A DNA stretch of 64,000 nt, taken from the NCBI RefSeq assembly GCF_018350175.1, contig NC_058383.1:17114001-17178000 (forward strand), given 5' to 3'. Made by a program: the position numbers and the translations under genes. Positions 11,083 through 23,500 of this stretch are shown one piece after another. Within the stretch, counting starts at the first letter, position 1. Each line of letters opens with the position of its first letter. The notes below the pieces were generated by a model that saw nothing but the letters and a program-made list of their open reading frames with translations, searched no databases and was not told where the DNA came from. This stretch comes from Felis catus. Taxonomy: Eukaryota.

Positions 11083-14000
11083 TAAGCCATATAGTTTTCT
11101 GCCTGGTCAATTTTCTTTTTTTTTTCTTTTTCCCGTCCACGGTCATTTTTCTCTTTGTATGGGATAAGGCCTGTTCCACCACTACCACCACCCTCTTTTT
11201 TTTAAATTTTTTTTCCAGGGTTACTTTAACGAACAAATCAAAGCACACCTGGTACAGAGTCCAAAACAAAACTACGAGGAGGGAGATAAAGAAACTAGAG
11301 TCACAACAACAGAGAGTACATAACACACTCCAAAAAACACCTCCTGAAGGTCCAGGTCCTGGACAGTGTATAGTAGTGCTCGCAGGTGCAGGACACATAA
11401 GTTTCTAAAACACATAAGGGACAGAAAACTAGCCAAAATGATGAAACAGAAGGATTCTCCTCAAAATAAATTCCAGGAAGAAATGACAGCTAAAGACTTG
11501 ATCACAACAGATATAAACAATATAACTGAACAAGAATTTAGAATAATAGTCATAAGATTAATCACTGGGATTGAAAAAAAAACATAGAAGACAGCAGAGA
11601 ATCTATTGCTGCAGAGATCAAGGAACTAAAAAATAGTCATGAGGAATTCAAAAATGCTGTAAATGAGGTGCAAAATAAACTAGAGGTGCTGACAGTGAAC
11701 ACTGAAGAGGCAGAGGGGAGATTAGGTGAAATAGAGGATACAATTATGGAAAAAGATGAAGCTGAGAAAAAGAGAGATAAAAAAAATTCTGGACCATAAG
11801 GGGAGAATTACAGAACTAAGTGATTCAATGAAATGTAATAATATCCATATCATAGGAATTTCAGAATAAGAAGGGAGAGAGATAGGAGCAATTTGAACAA
11901 ATCATAGCTGATAACTTCCCCAATCTGGGGAAAGAAACAAACATTGAAATCCAGGAGGCACAGAAAGCTCCCTTCAGATGTAACAGGAATTGATCTTCTG
12001 CATAACATATCATAGTGAAACTGTCAAAATTCAAAGATAAAGAGAGAATTCTAAAAGCAAGAGATCTTAAAGGGGACTCTGTGAGGAATGTTGCAAAGAC
12101 TACAAAGGACCAGAGACATCACCAAAAAGATGAAACCTAGAGATAACACAATAACATTAAATCCACATCTTGCAATAATAACACTGAATGTAAATGGACT
12201 AAATGCTCCAATCAAAAGACATAGGGTATCAGAATGGATTAAAAAAAAAAAGACACATCAATTTTATGTCTACCTTTAGACCTAAGGACACCTTCAGATT
12301 GAAAGTGAGTGGATGGAGAACCATCTATCATGCTACTGTAAGTCAAAAGAAAACTGGAGTAGCCATACTTGTATCAGACAAACTAGATTTTAAACTAAAG
12401 GCTGTAACAAGAAATGAAGAAGGGCATTATGTCATAATTACAGGGTCTATCCATCAAGAAGAGCTAACAATTATAAATGTTTATGCGCCCAATTTGAGAG
12501 CTCCCAAATATATAAAACAATCACAAACATAAGCAATTTTGTTATAAGAATATGGTAATTGCAAGTGACTTTAATATTCCACTTAAAACAATGGACAGAT
12601 CATATAGGCAGAAAATCAATAAAGAAACAATGGCCCTGAATGATATACTGGACCAGATGGACTTGACAGATATTTTCAGAACTTTTCATCCAAAAGCAGC
12701 AGAATACACATTCTTCTCGAGTGCACATGGAATGTTCTCCAAGATAGATCATATACTGGGTCACAAAACATCCATCAATAAATATAAAAGAATTTAGATC
12801 ATACCATGAACATTTTCAGATCACAATGCTATGAAACTTGAAATCAACCACAGGAAAAAGTTTGGAAAACCTCCAAATGCGTGGAGGTTAAAGAACATCC
12901 TACTAAAGAATGAATGGGTCAACCAGGCAATTAAACAAGAAATTTAAAAATATATGGAAACGGGTGCCTGGGTGGCGCAGTCAGTTAAGCGTCCGACTTC
13001 AGCCAGGTCATGATCTCGCGGTCTGTGAGTTCGAGCCCCACGTCAGGCTCTGGGCTGATGGCTCAGAGCCTGGAGCTTGTTTCCGATTCTGTGTCTCCCT
13101 CTCTCTCTGCCCCTCCCCCGTTCATGCTCTGTCTCTCTCTGTCCCAAAAATAAATAAATGTTGAAAAAAAAATTTTTTTTAAATAAAATAAATAAATAAA
13201 TAAATATGGAAACAAATGAAAATGAAAACACGACAGTCAAAACCATTTGGGATGCAGTAAAGGTTGTCTTAAGGGGAAAACACATTGCAATCCAGGCCTA
13301 TCAAGAAACAAGAAAAATCCCAAATACAAAATCTAACAGCAAACCTAACGGAACCAGAAGCAGAACAACAAAGAAACCCCAAGGCCAGGAGAAAAAGAGA
13401 AATAATAAAGATCAGAGCAGAAATAAACAATATAGGATCAAAAAAAAAAAAACCAGTAGAACAGATCAATGAAACTAAGAGCTGATTTTTTGAAAAAATA
13501 AGTAAAATTGATAAACCCCTAGCCAGACTTCTTAAAAAGAAAAGAGAGAGGACCCAAATAGATAAAATCACGAAAGGAAATGGATTTATCACAACCAATC
13601 CCTCAGAAATACAAGCAATTATCAGAGAATACTATGAAAAATTATATGCCAATAAACTGGACAACCTGGAAGAAATGGACAAATTCCTATACACCCACAC
13701 ACCACCAAAACTCAAACGGGAAGAAACAGAAAATTTGAACAGATTGATAACTAGTGAAGAAATTGAATCAGTTATCAAAAATGTCCCAACAAACAAGAGT
13801 CCTGGGCCAGATGGCTTCCCAGTGGAATTCTACCAGACATTTAAATCAGACTTAATACCTATCCTTCTCAAGCTGTTGCAAAAACAGAAACGGAAGGAAA
13901 AGTTCTGGATGCATTCCATGAAGCCAGCATTACACTGATTCCCAAACCAGAGACCCCACAAAAAAAGGAGAACTACAGGCCAATATCCCTGATGAATATG

Positions 14001-16519
14001 GATGCAAAAATTCTCAACAAGATACTAGCAAATCGAATTCAACAGCATATAAAAACAATTATTCACCATGATCAAGTGGGATTCATTCCTGGGATGCAGG
14101 GCTGGTTCAATATTTGCAAAGCAATCAATGTGATACATCACATTAATTAAAGAAAGGCTAAGAACCATATGATCCTGTCAACAGATGCAGAAAAAGCATT
14201 TGACAAATTACAGCATCCTTTCTTAATAAAAAACTCTCAAGAAAGTCGGGATAGAAAGAACATACCTGAACATCATAAAAGCCATATATGAAAAGCCCAC
14301 AGCTAATATAATCCTCAATGGGGAAAAACTGAGACCTTTCCCCCTGAGATCAGGAACACGACAGGGATGTCTACTCTCACCACTGTTGTTTAACATAGTG
14401 TTGGAAGCCCTAGCATCACCAATCAGATGACAAAATGAAATAGAAAGCATCAAAATTGGCAAAGAAGTTGAGCTTTCACTTTTCGCAGATGACTTGATAT
14501 TCCACATGGAAAACCGGAAAGACTCCACCAAAAAGCTGCTAGAACTGATACATTAATTCAGCAAAGTCACAGGGTACAAAATCAATGTACAGAAGTCTGA
14601 TGCATTTCTATACACCAATAATGAAGCAACAGAAAGAGAAATCAAGACTTCAATCCCACTTACAATTGCACCAAGAATCATAAAATACCTAGGAATAAAT
14701 GTAACCAAAGAAGTAAAAGATCTGTATGCTGAAAACTATAGAAAGCTTATGAAGGAAATTGAAGAAGACACAAAGAAATGGAAAAACATTCCATGCTCAT
14801 GGATTGGAAGAATAAATATTGTTATCATGTCTATACTACCCAAAGCTATCTACACATTCAATGCAATCCCAATCAAAATTGCACCAGCATTCTTCTCAAA
14901 GCTAGAACAAACAATCCCAAAATTTGTATGGAACCAGAAAAGACCCTAAATAGCCAAAGTAATGTTGAAAAAGAAAACCAAAGCGGGGGGCATCACAATC
15001 CCAGACTTAGGCTCTACTACAAAGCTGTAATCATCAAGACAGTATGGTACTGGCACAAAAAGCAGACACATAGACCAATGGAATAGAGACCCCAGAATTG
15101 GACCCATAAATGTATGGCCAACTAATTTTTGACAAAGCGGGAAAGAGTATCCAATGGAAAAAAGACAGTATCTTTAACAAATGGTGCTGGAAGAACTGGA
15201 CAGCAAGCAACATGCAGAAGAATGAAACTGGACCACTTTCTTACACCATACACAAAAATAAACTCAAAATGAATGAAAAACCTAAATGTGAGACAGGAAA
15301 CTATCAAAACTCTAGAGGAGAAAACAGGCAACAACCTCTTTGACCTCAGCCGCAGTAATTTCTTGCTTGACACATCTCCAAAGGCAAGAGAATTAAAAGC
15401 AAAAGTGAAGTATTGGGACCTCATCAAGATAAATAGCTCTGCACTGCAAAGGAAACAATCAACCAAACTAAAAGGCAACAGACAGAATGGGAAAAGATAT
15501 TTTCAAATGACATACCAGATAAGGGCTTAGCATCCAAAATCTATAAAGAACTTACCAAATTCAACACCCAAAAAATAAATAATCCAATCAAGAAATGGGA
15601 AGAATACATGAATAGAGACTTTTCCATAGAAGACATCCAGATGGCAAAAAGACACATGAAAAGATGCTCAACACCACTCATCATCAGGGAAATACAAATC
15701 AAAACCACACTGAGATACCACCTCACACTGGTCAGAGTGGCTAAAATTAACAACTCAGGAAACAACAGATGCTGGCGAGGATGTGGAGAAACGGGAACCC
15801 TCTTGTACTGTTGGTGGGAATGCAAACTGGTGCAGCCACTCTGGAAAACAGTGTGGAGGTTCCTCAAAAAATTAAAAATAGAACTACCCTACAACCCAGG
15901 AACAGAACTACTAGGAATTTATCCAAAGGAAACAGGAGTGCAGTGATGCATAGGGCCACATGTACCCATATCGCAGCTCTTATGGGTGCTATATAGCCAA
16001 ATTATAGAAACAATAGCCAAATTATGGAAAGACCCTAAATGCCCATCAAGTGACGGATGGATAAAGAAGGTGTGATTTATATGTACAATGGAATGCTGCT
16101 TGGCAATGAGAAAGAATGAAATCTGGCCATTTGCAGCAACGTGGATGGAACTGAAGGGTATTATGCTAAGTGAAATAAGTCAGTCAGAGAAAGACAGATA
16201 CCTTATGTTTTCACTCATATGTGGATCCTGAGAAACTTAACATAAGACCATGGGGGAGGGGAAGGGGAAAAAAGTTACAGAGAGGGAGGGAGGCAAACCA
16301 TAAGAGCCTCTTAAATACTGAGAATAAACTGAGGGTTGATGGGGGTTGGGGGAGAGGGGAAAGTGGGTGATGGGCATTAAGGAGGGCACCTGTTGGGATG
16401 AGCACTGGGTGTTGTATGGAAACCAATTTGACAATAAATTATATTTAATAAAAAATAAATAATAAAAATAAATAAACATTTAAATTTTTTAATTAATAAA
16501 TAAAAGCTTTAAAAAGAAA
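9913..16519 (+). mobile_element. Full-length, inactive carnivore LINE-1 inside the ERV 3' LTR
   Basis: 5' UTR ~1.5 kb, ORF1 from 11438 (MMKQKDSPQNKFQEEM), ORF2 EN/RT/C-terminal fragments, A-rich tail, perfect 20-bp TSD aagaaactgaccagaaccag (9893-9912, 16520-16539). Confidence 0.95.
12962..13203 (+). mobile_element. Young felid CAN-SINE inside L1 ORF2
   Basis: Nearly identical to the SINE at 8138; TSD atatggaaac; L1 ORF2 (KYMETNEN) continues on both sides. Confidence 0.93.
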
Positions 16520-17370
16520 AAGAAACTGACCAGAACCAGTCATGACCACTGACTGTCTCTGAGAATGCACATATGTCCAATGTATGAACTTTTGACATAG
16601 AAGGGCATAAAACCCTATTCTCAGATCATATTATGGACACCAATCTCTGGTTGTGGATTGCATGAAAACATATGCAGAAGCTTCTCGCAGGCACAGATGA
16701 CAAAATGACTTCAACCTTCCCCTACTTATTAATTTCCTTTATGTGATTTTGAAGTCATGTAGCTCCTCTCCCCTATAGCCAGACTCTTTTTTTGTTTGTT
16801 GCCTTAAAAATCTCTGACTCTCCCCCTTAGAGAAGGTGGATTTGAGGCTGGCTTTCCCATCTCCTGGTTGGGCTGCCTCTCGAATAAATCTTTCCCATGC
16901 TGCATATTCAATGTCTCAGTGACTGGCTTTGCTGTGCACTAGGCATATAGACTGAGGTTTTATTACCAAATTATCCAAAGCCCTGATCTATAGAAACCAA
17001 TAAATTCAACTCTTTCTTCTACAGAACAGTGTTTTAAACTATTTGAGGGCCAAGATGTTTTATTTAAAGAGGAATACTTATATGGTGTGGAAAACAAAGA
17101 AATTTAAGGCAGGGTCCCCTTTCTCTCCACATTTGCAGCCTTGTGGGAATTAATTTCTGATAGTATTTCTAAAATACAATACCCAGAGTTGAATACAGCA
17201 TGAGCCAAGGCAAGCTCCAGCAATATAACCATATTCATCCAACTATGATCACCCCAGTCCTCTTGGCTTACAAGAGGCTGCTAAGCAATGGTGGCACCTG
17301 CCTGAGCTCTAAACCAAGCACAGGAGTCTCTGCTGACCCCCAGCCATCAGCTGCTTTCTTCCCCAGATAC

Positions 17371-17512
17371 CTGGCTCCCTGCCACACGACGATAAGACAG
17401 CCCTGGAGGGTAGAAGAAGGTGATTGTGGTTCCATAGGAGTCTTCACCATCATTCCACACTGTCACTTTCATATTCAGCTCCAGGGTACTCCCCACCACC
17501 AGAGTCTTCAAG
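17371..17512 (-). CDS. ITGAX: ITGAX exon 20
   Basis: [53 protein letters not shown], 142 nt. Confidence 0.92.
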
Positions 17513-20500
17513 CTAGTTGTTGGGGGTAGAGGGCAGGAGATAATTCTGGGACTGGGGCTAGAAATGGTCTGGGGATAAAACACAGAGTGAGGAAGTAGGG
17601 AAGAAATGGGGTACAGGTTGTCTGTTTCTGAGCACAGGGTAGAAATGTTAGGGAGAGCCAGAGCATGAGCTCCAGGTTCAAGAAGAGGGGTTGGGGAACC
17701 AGGGCAGGTCTAAGGAGTGGTAGCTCACCCTGAGAAGTCAAAGGAGATGCCAAGGTCATCTTGACAGACATGGTCAGTTCCACAATTCTTCTCAAAGGGA
17801 AGCTGAAAGGGAAGGCAAAGTGACGTTTTCCCCAAGTTCTGGAGTCCACACCCACACCCTCCACTCCTTTCTGGAAGATTCCAGTACCAGGACTCACAGA
17901 GGCCACGAAGTATCGCTGAGCATCCACAGCCAAGATAGGCTGGAGGTTTCTAAAGGAAGGGATAGGTTTGCCCACCAGGGAGAAGTTGAGACGCAAGGTG
18001 ATGGGGGTCACTGAGTCCTCCACACAGGCCTAGAGAATGGACATTGAAAACAGCAGTAGCTAAGGAATGCATCCTCACAGTCACTAGCTGTGTCCTGTTC
18101 CCTCATCTGTAAAATGTAAAATCTGTGTGCAATGACTATAATTCCACCATGCAGAACCTCTGCTTTGCCTATTTTATGCCTTGAATTCCTTACCCCCAGC
18201 CTCCTACACAGCTCACTCATTCTATTCAGGATCTTTCCAAACTCTACCTGCTCAAGAGGTCTCCCCAATACCTTCTCTGCTCTCCTCCCTGACTTTATCC
18301 TTTTTTTTTAAATTTTTTAAATGTTTATTCTCTTTTTTTTTTTTTTGAGAGAGAGAGAGAGAGAGCAAGTGGGAGAGGGGCAGAGAGGGAGACACAGCAT
18401 CCAAAGCAGGCTCTAGGCTCTGAGCTGTCAGCACAGAGCCTGACACAGGGCTCAAACTTATGAACCACAAGATCATGACCTGAGCTGAAGTCAGATGCTC
18501 AACTGACTGAGCCACCCAGGTGCCCTGACTTTATCTTTCTTCATAGCATTCATCACTATCTGACATCTATTATCTAGGAACTTGATTGCTTTTGGCCTTC
18601 CCCTAGAGTTTCCCATGATCATGCTATGTCCCCAGTGCCTCAGACAAGGCCTCTCTCAGAGAAGCAGTTCCTAAAAGAATCCCAGTACATCAACCCATAG
18701 CTCTCTAAAGCAGTGGTTCTATCCTAAAATCCAGCTATGTAGCTTCAGCAATTACAAGTGGCCCATCCATTTATTCGTTTGCTCACTCACTCATTCAGCT
18801 AACAATGTTATGCACCTCCTGTATGCCAGGTGCTGTGCTGGGGCTGAACCACAGTGAGAATCAGAACACACTCTGTTCTTTCCCTGCCCAGCCCACTGCC
18901 AGCCTCAGAATCTCTGCCATCCCCAGGACTTCAAAGTCCCCTTACCAGGAGGAGCAACCTCACGGTCTCACAGTACTGTCTCAGCCCAAGGACTCGGACA
19001 TGAGTCAGATTCCGGGCTTTTGTCTCCTCAAAGATGGCACGGGGATTCTGGCGGCCAGGGTCGAGGGTCAGGTCAAAGGTCACAGAGCTTTGGAGGTCAC
19101 CTGCAGGGGAAAGGAGGGGATAAGGAGAGATGAAAGAGCCAGAAATTCCTCAGGTGGACAAGGTTCAAGGCAGGAGACAGGAGTCCTGAGCTGAGGGATT
19201 CCAAGTGTCAGGGTATCTTGGGCCAAAGAGGAGAGGACTCACCCAGCTGATTCTTGGGACTTTCATAAATACGAAGGCAGACGTTGGCATCACCCAGTGC
19301 CTTGACAGAGGCTGTCTCTTCCCGACATTCAAACACAGACCTGGCAATCTCTGCAGATGTGAATTGGATATTCATCCACACCCTGAGCACAGGTCTGGTC
19401 CTATGAGTGGAAAACTGAGCTGATGGCAGGCCCTTGATCCCAGGAAGACAACGTGGGATGGGGATTGGGAGGCTGGAGTCCTACGTGGACTTAGGATACC
19501 ATCTGGAAGTGTCTGAGAAAGGCTTTCTCACCTTAGCAACATCACCTGCCCCTGGGCCCCCACAGCCAGGTCCACCAGTCCATCCAGGGTAAGGTCCTGA
19601 CCCCCACTCAGTGACTGCCCAAAATACTGGAGGCTGGGGGAAAGCTGGGAGCCTGAGATCCGCTGGTGAGAAAGGGAACGGCAAGTCAAGTTGAGGGTGA
19701 GGGAAACGAGTTGGAAATTAGCAACAAGAGGAACAGGAAGGTATGAATGTGGGAGACAGAAAGAAGAGGTGAGTAGTGAAAAGATGTCACCAGAAGTACT
19801 TAAAAAGAGGAGGTGGGGTGGGGCAATGATTACTAAAGAAAAGGAAAGGAAAGATCCCTAAGACATAAGTGAAGACATGGTGATTGAAAGTCTGGCCTGG
19901 CGACCTGGGTCTCATTCATTCATTAATTTACTTAGTCTCAGGTTCAATTATGGAGCCTCCACTCATGAGTATGAGGCCTTGGGCCAGGATCTGATCTTAC
20001 TGTGCCTCAGTTTCCTCATGCTTCATATGGGGATAATAATACCTCAGAGTTTAGCTGTGAGTAGTAAATGAATTAATGCGTATAGTTCTTTGAACAGCAC
20101 CTGGAAAAGTCACTAGTCAGTTACTGATTATGATGAGTATTAGGGCTAAATGGGACCTCAGAGCTCATCTGACCCCACCTCCTACTTTTCGGACAGTGCC
20201 AAGGCCACATGACCTTTAAGAGATCAGCTCCATATCTGAAATCAGATCCTCTGACACCATGCCCAAGGCCTCTTTTTGCTCCCAAGGGCGACCATATCTC
20301 TTCAGAGGACAAGGGATGGGAAGTGGCTGTACCCATAAGAAAATGCTCTGGAAACTTGCCTCCCCTGTGCATTCCTTCTCTTTTATTTCCATTGCCCCTG
20401 TAATGACAAATCCCTTGACTAATGTGTCCTTTAAAATCTCTGGACACTGCTGGGACTGGCAGACATTAAGCATAGTCATATTAAATAAAGAGTAATTTAC

Positions 20501-23500
20501 CAATTACTAAGGATGTCTAGAAAGGAAGAGGCAGGAAGTGATATACAAACCCAGTCAAATGGCTTCATGCTCAAGAAAACTGATCTTACCACCATATCCT
20601 CAGGTTTGTGTGGGGCCCAGTGGGAATAGGGTAAGTCCTTCCCAGTCAAGTATGTTGTGGGATACATCATGGTGGGAAGGAGGAAAATCATGGTGGGCCA
20701 GCAAATCTGGAAAGGTCTCCTCTTAGAGTCCTTATACCCTCTTGGGTATAACTCAAGTGATATTTGCAATTGAGATTTTTTCATAGATATGCTTCTAAGC
20801 AGCTGTAGCAACGTGAAGTTAAACAAGTGGTGTGGAATGAATGCAGTTTCTTGACATCTGGTGTTATTGTCAACAAAGCCTTTCACCTTCTTCTTAAACT
20901 TCCAAGTTCTTTAGTGGTGCCTGGGTGGGTCAGTAGATTAAGCGTCTGACTCCTGATTTCAGCTCAGGTCATGATCTGCCAGCTTGTAGCAGTGCAGAAC
21001 CTGCTTGGGATTATCTCTCTACCTCTCTCTGTCTGCCCCTCTACTACTAGCACAACCTCACTCTTGCTCTCTCTCAAAATGAATAAGTAAATTAAAAAAA
21101 AAATTTCCAAGTTATTTAGAACCCCTCCCACAGTTAAACTGTATTAACAATAGTTGATTATAATACTGTAACACCAATTATATGCCAGGCACATGTGTAT
21201 ATTTATACTATGTATGTACTCTATATGTACTAACTCATTTAATCCTCACAGAAGCAGCCAAGTGAGGTTGGTTCTCTTATTATCACCATTTTACAGATGA
21301 GGAAACTGAACACAGAGAGATTGTAATGACTAAGACCACGTAGCTGGGAAGTAACAGAACTGTAGAGACCTTCTTTGACATTTTTGTTGTAACAGCTTTT
21401 TGAGATATAATTCACACACCATACAATTTACTCTTTTAAAGCATACAAGTCAGTGGTTTTAGGATGTTCTCAGAGTTATGCTACCATCGCCAAATCAATG
21501 TTAGAACGTTTTGATCACCCCCCAAGAAAACCCGTACCCCTTATCACCCACACCCATGTTCCTCATTTTCCTCCATTGCCAGTCCCTGACAACCCCCAAT
21601 CTACTTTCTATCTCTGTGGATTTACCCATTCTGGACATTTCATATAAATGGAATCATACAATATGTGCCCTTTTGTTTCTGGCTTCTTTTTACTTAGCAT
21701 TATGTTTTCAAGTTTCATCCATGTTGTAGAAAATACTAGTATTTCATTCCTTTCATGGCCAAGTAATATTCCATCATATAGGTATTTATTTACAACAGAA
21801 TTTATCTGCTCATCAGTTAATGGATATTTAGATTATTTCCATCTTTTGGATATTATGAATAATGCCCCTATGAACATTGATGTATAACTTTTTGTGTGGA
21901 CATAGGGTTTCAATTCTCTTGGGTGGAATTGCTGAGTCATAAGATAACTCTACGTATAACCTTTTGAGGAACTGCCAGATGTGTTCCAAAGTAGCTGCAG
22001 CATTTTACATTCACACCAGCAGTGTTTAAGGATACCAAACATTCAACATTCTCACCAACACTACTTATGATCTATCTTTTTATTCTAGCCATGCCAGTGG
22101 CTGTGAAATGGTATCTCACAGTGGTTTTGATTTGCTGATGACTGATGACTAATGATGTTTAACATCTTTTCATGTGCATATTTGTCCTTTGTATGTCATC
22201 TTTGGAGACATGTCTATTCAAATCCTTTGCCTATTTTTTAATTGAGGCTTTCTTTAACTTTTGCCATGAAAAGAAACCCTCCCTTTTCAGGAGAAACTTC
22301 CCCATGGATAAAGTACTCCTGCTAGACAGATATTTGGCAGGATTACTAATGACATGAGGAAATAGTCATAAAGCATCAAAGGAGAAGGGGTGAATAGACA
22401 GGCACACGGAGGCAGCCTGACCTAAACTGGCAACAGGGAGCCACCAAGAGAGCCAGCACTGGGTTAGAAGTCAGGAAATTAAGCCTCCCTCATCACCATT
22501 CCTAATCCACTATAAACCTTGGACAAATCACTGATTTTCTCCATGCCCCAGATTTCATCTCTAACGTAGGTTTGCTAATGCCTGGCTTATATACCTTGTA
22601 AAGCTGCTGGGGGATTAACAGGTCTGGATAGAGAGCTCACTCAAGAATCAAGTCCTAGATTTACAGAGGAGAAGATGGTGGCATAGGAGGACGCTGGGCT
22701 CACTGCGTCCTGCTGGTCACTTAAATTCCACCCACATCTGCCTAAATAACCCAGAAAACAGCCAGAAGACTAGCAGAACGGACTCCCCAGAGCCAAGCAT
22801 AGACAAGAGGTCCACGGAAGAGGGTAGGAAGGGTAGAGAGGCGGTGCGTGCTACACGGACTGGTGGGAGGGAGCCAGGGCGGTGGAGGGGCAGCCTGCCT
22901 GGCAAGGTGGAATCCCCTAGTCTGGCTTGAAAAAGCGGAGGGGCCAGACTGCATGAGTTCTGACAGCTAGTGGGACTTAACATCTGGAATATTATAAGTC
23001 ACCAGCTCGGCTCAGAGAGCAGGAGGGCGAGAGGACACCAGGAGGGAGAGGTGTTGAGCCCTGTAAGACAGAGCTCAGCTCAGCAGGGAACAAAGGCACT
23101 GGCCAGCGCCAACTCTCCCTCCCATCCCCCAGCCGAAATTCCAAAGGGAACCATTTCCTGTCACTGAAATTGCTTGCACCACGCAAACACCCAATGCTGT
23201 GCTTCTGTGGATCCATCCCTTCGACGGGTCTGCCTGCCTCCCTCCCAGTGCTGCAGGGCCCCTTGTGCAGGGGAACACTGATGGCAAAGTGAGCTAAGTC
23301 TGCCCCTCCAGCCCCTGTACACCTAGGGGATCCACCCCAGCTAATATGCCAGATCCCATCAAAGCAGCACCACAAGCCTGGCAGTGTGCAAGTAGCCCAG
23401 ACAGGGGCCACACCACTCCACAGTGAGTCCTGCCCCTGGGAGAGCGGAACATAAAGTACACACCAGTCTGTGGCCCCAGTGGTGGGCTGGGGACAGACAT

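Larger units (their letters stand above)
1144..16968 (+). mobile_element. Decayed class I (gamma-like/ERV1) endogenous provirus with both LTRs, in ITGAX intron 20, antisense to host gene
   Basis: LTR-PBS-gag-pro-pol-env-PPT-LTR order. Gag motifs LQLDICKREGKWDEI, MHR-like NENPSEF and knuckle xAYCKEEGHWKRE; protease ATYSVL; GFLGITGF..IWIP; RNase H GTSTQKAEAIALIRAL; integrase PGENW*EDF and GPYEVLLTT; env WICH and LDYILAEQGGVC. Many stops and frameshifts. Confidence 0.92.
9716..16968 (+). mobile_element. ERV 3' LTR, split by an L1 (9716-9912 and 16520-16968)
   Basis: Preceded by purine tract aaaagacagtgggca; homologous to the 5' LTR on both sides of the L1; AATAAA at 16883-16888. Confidence 0.9.
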
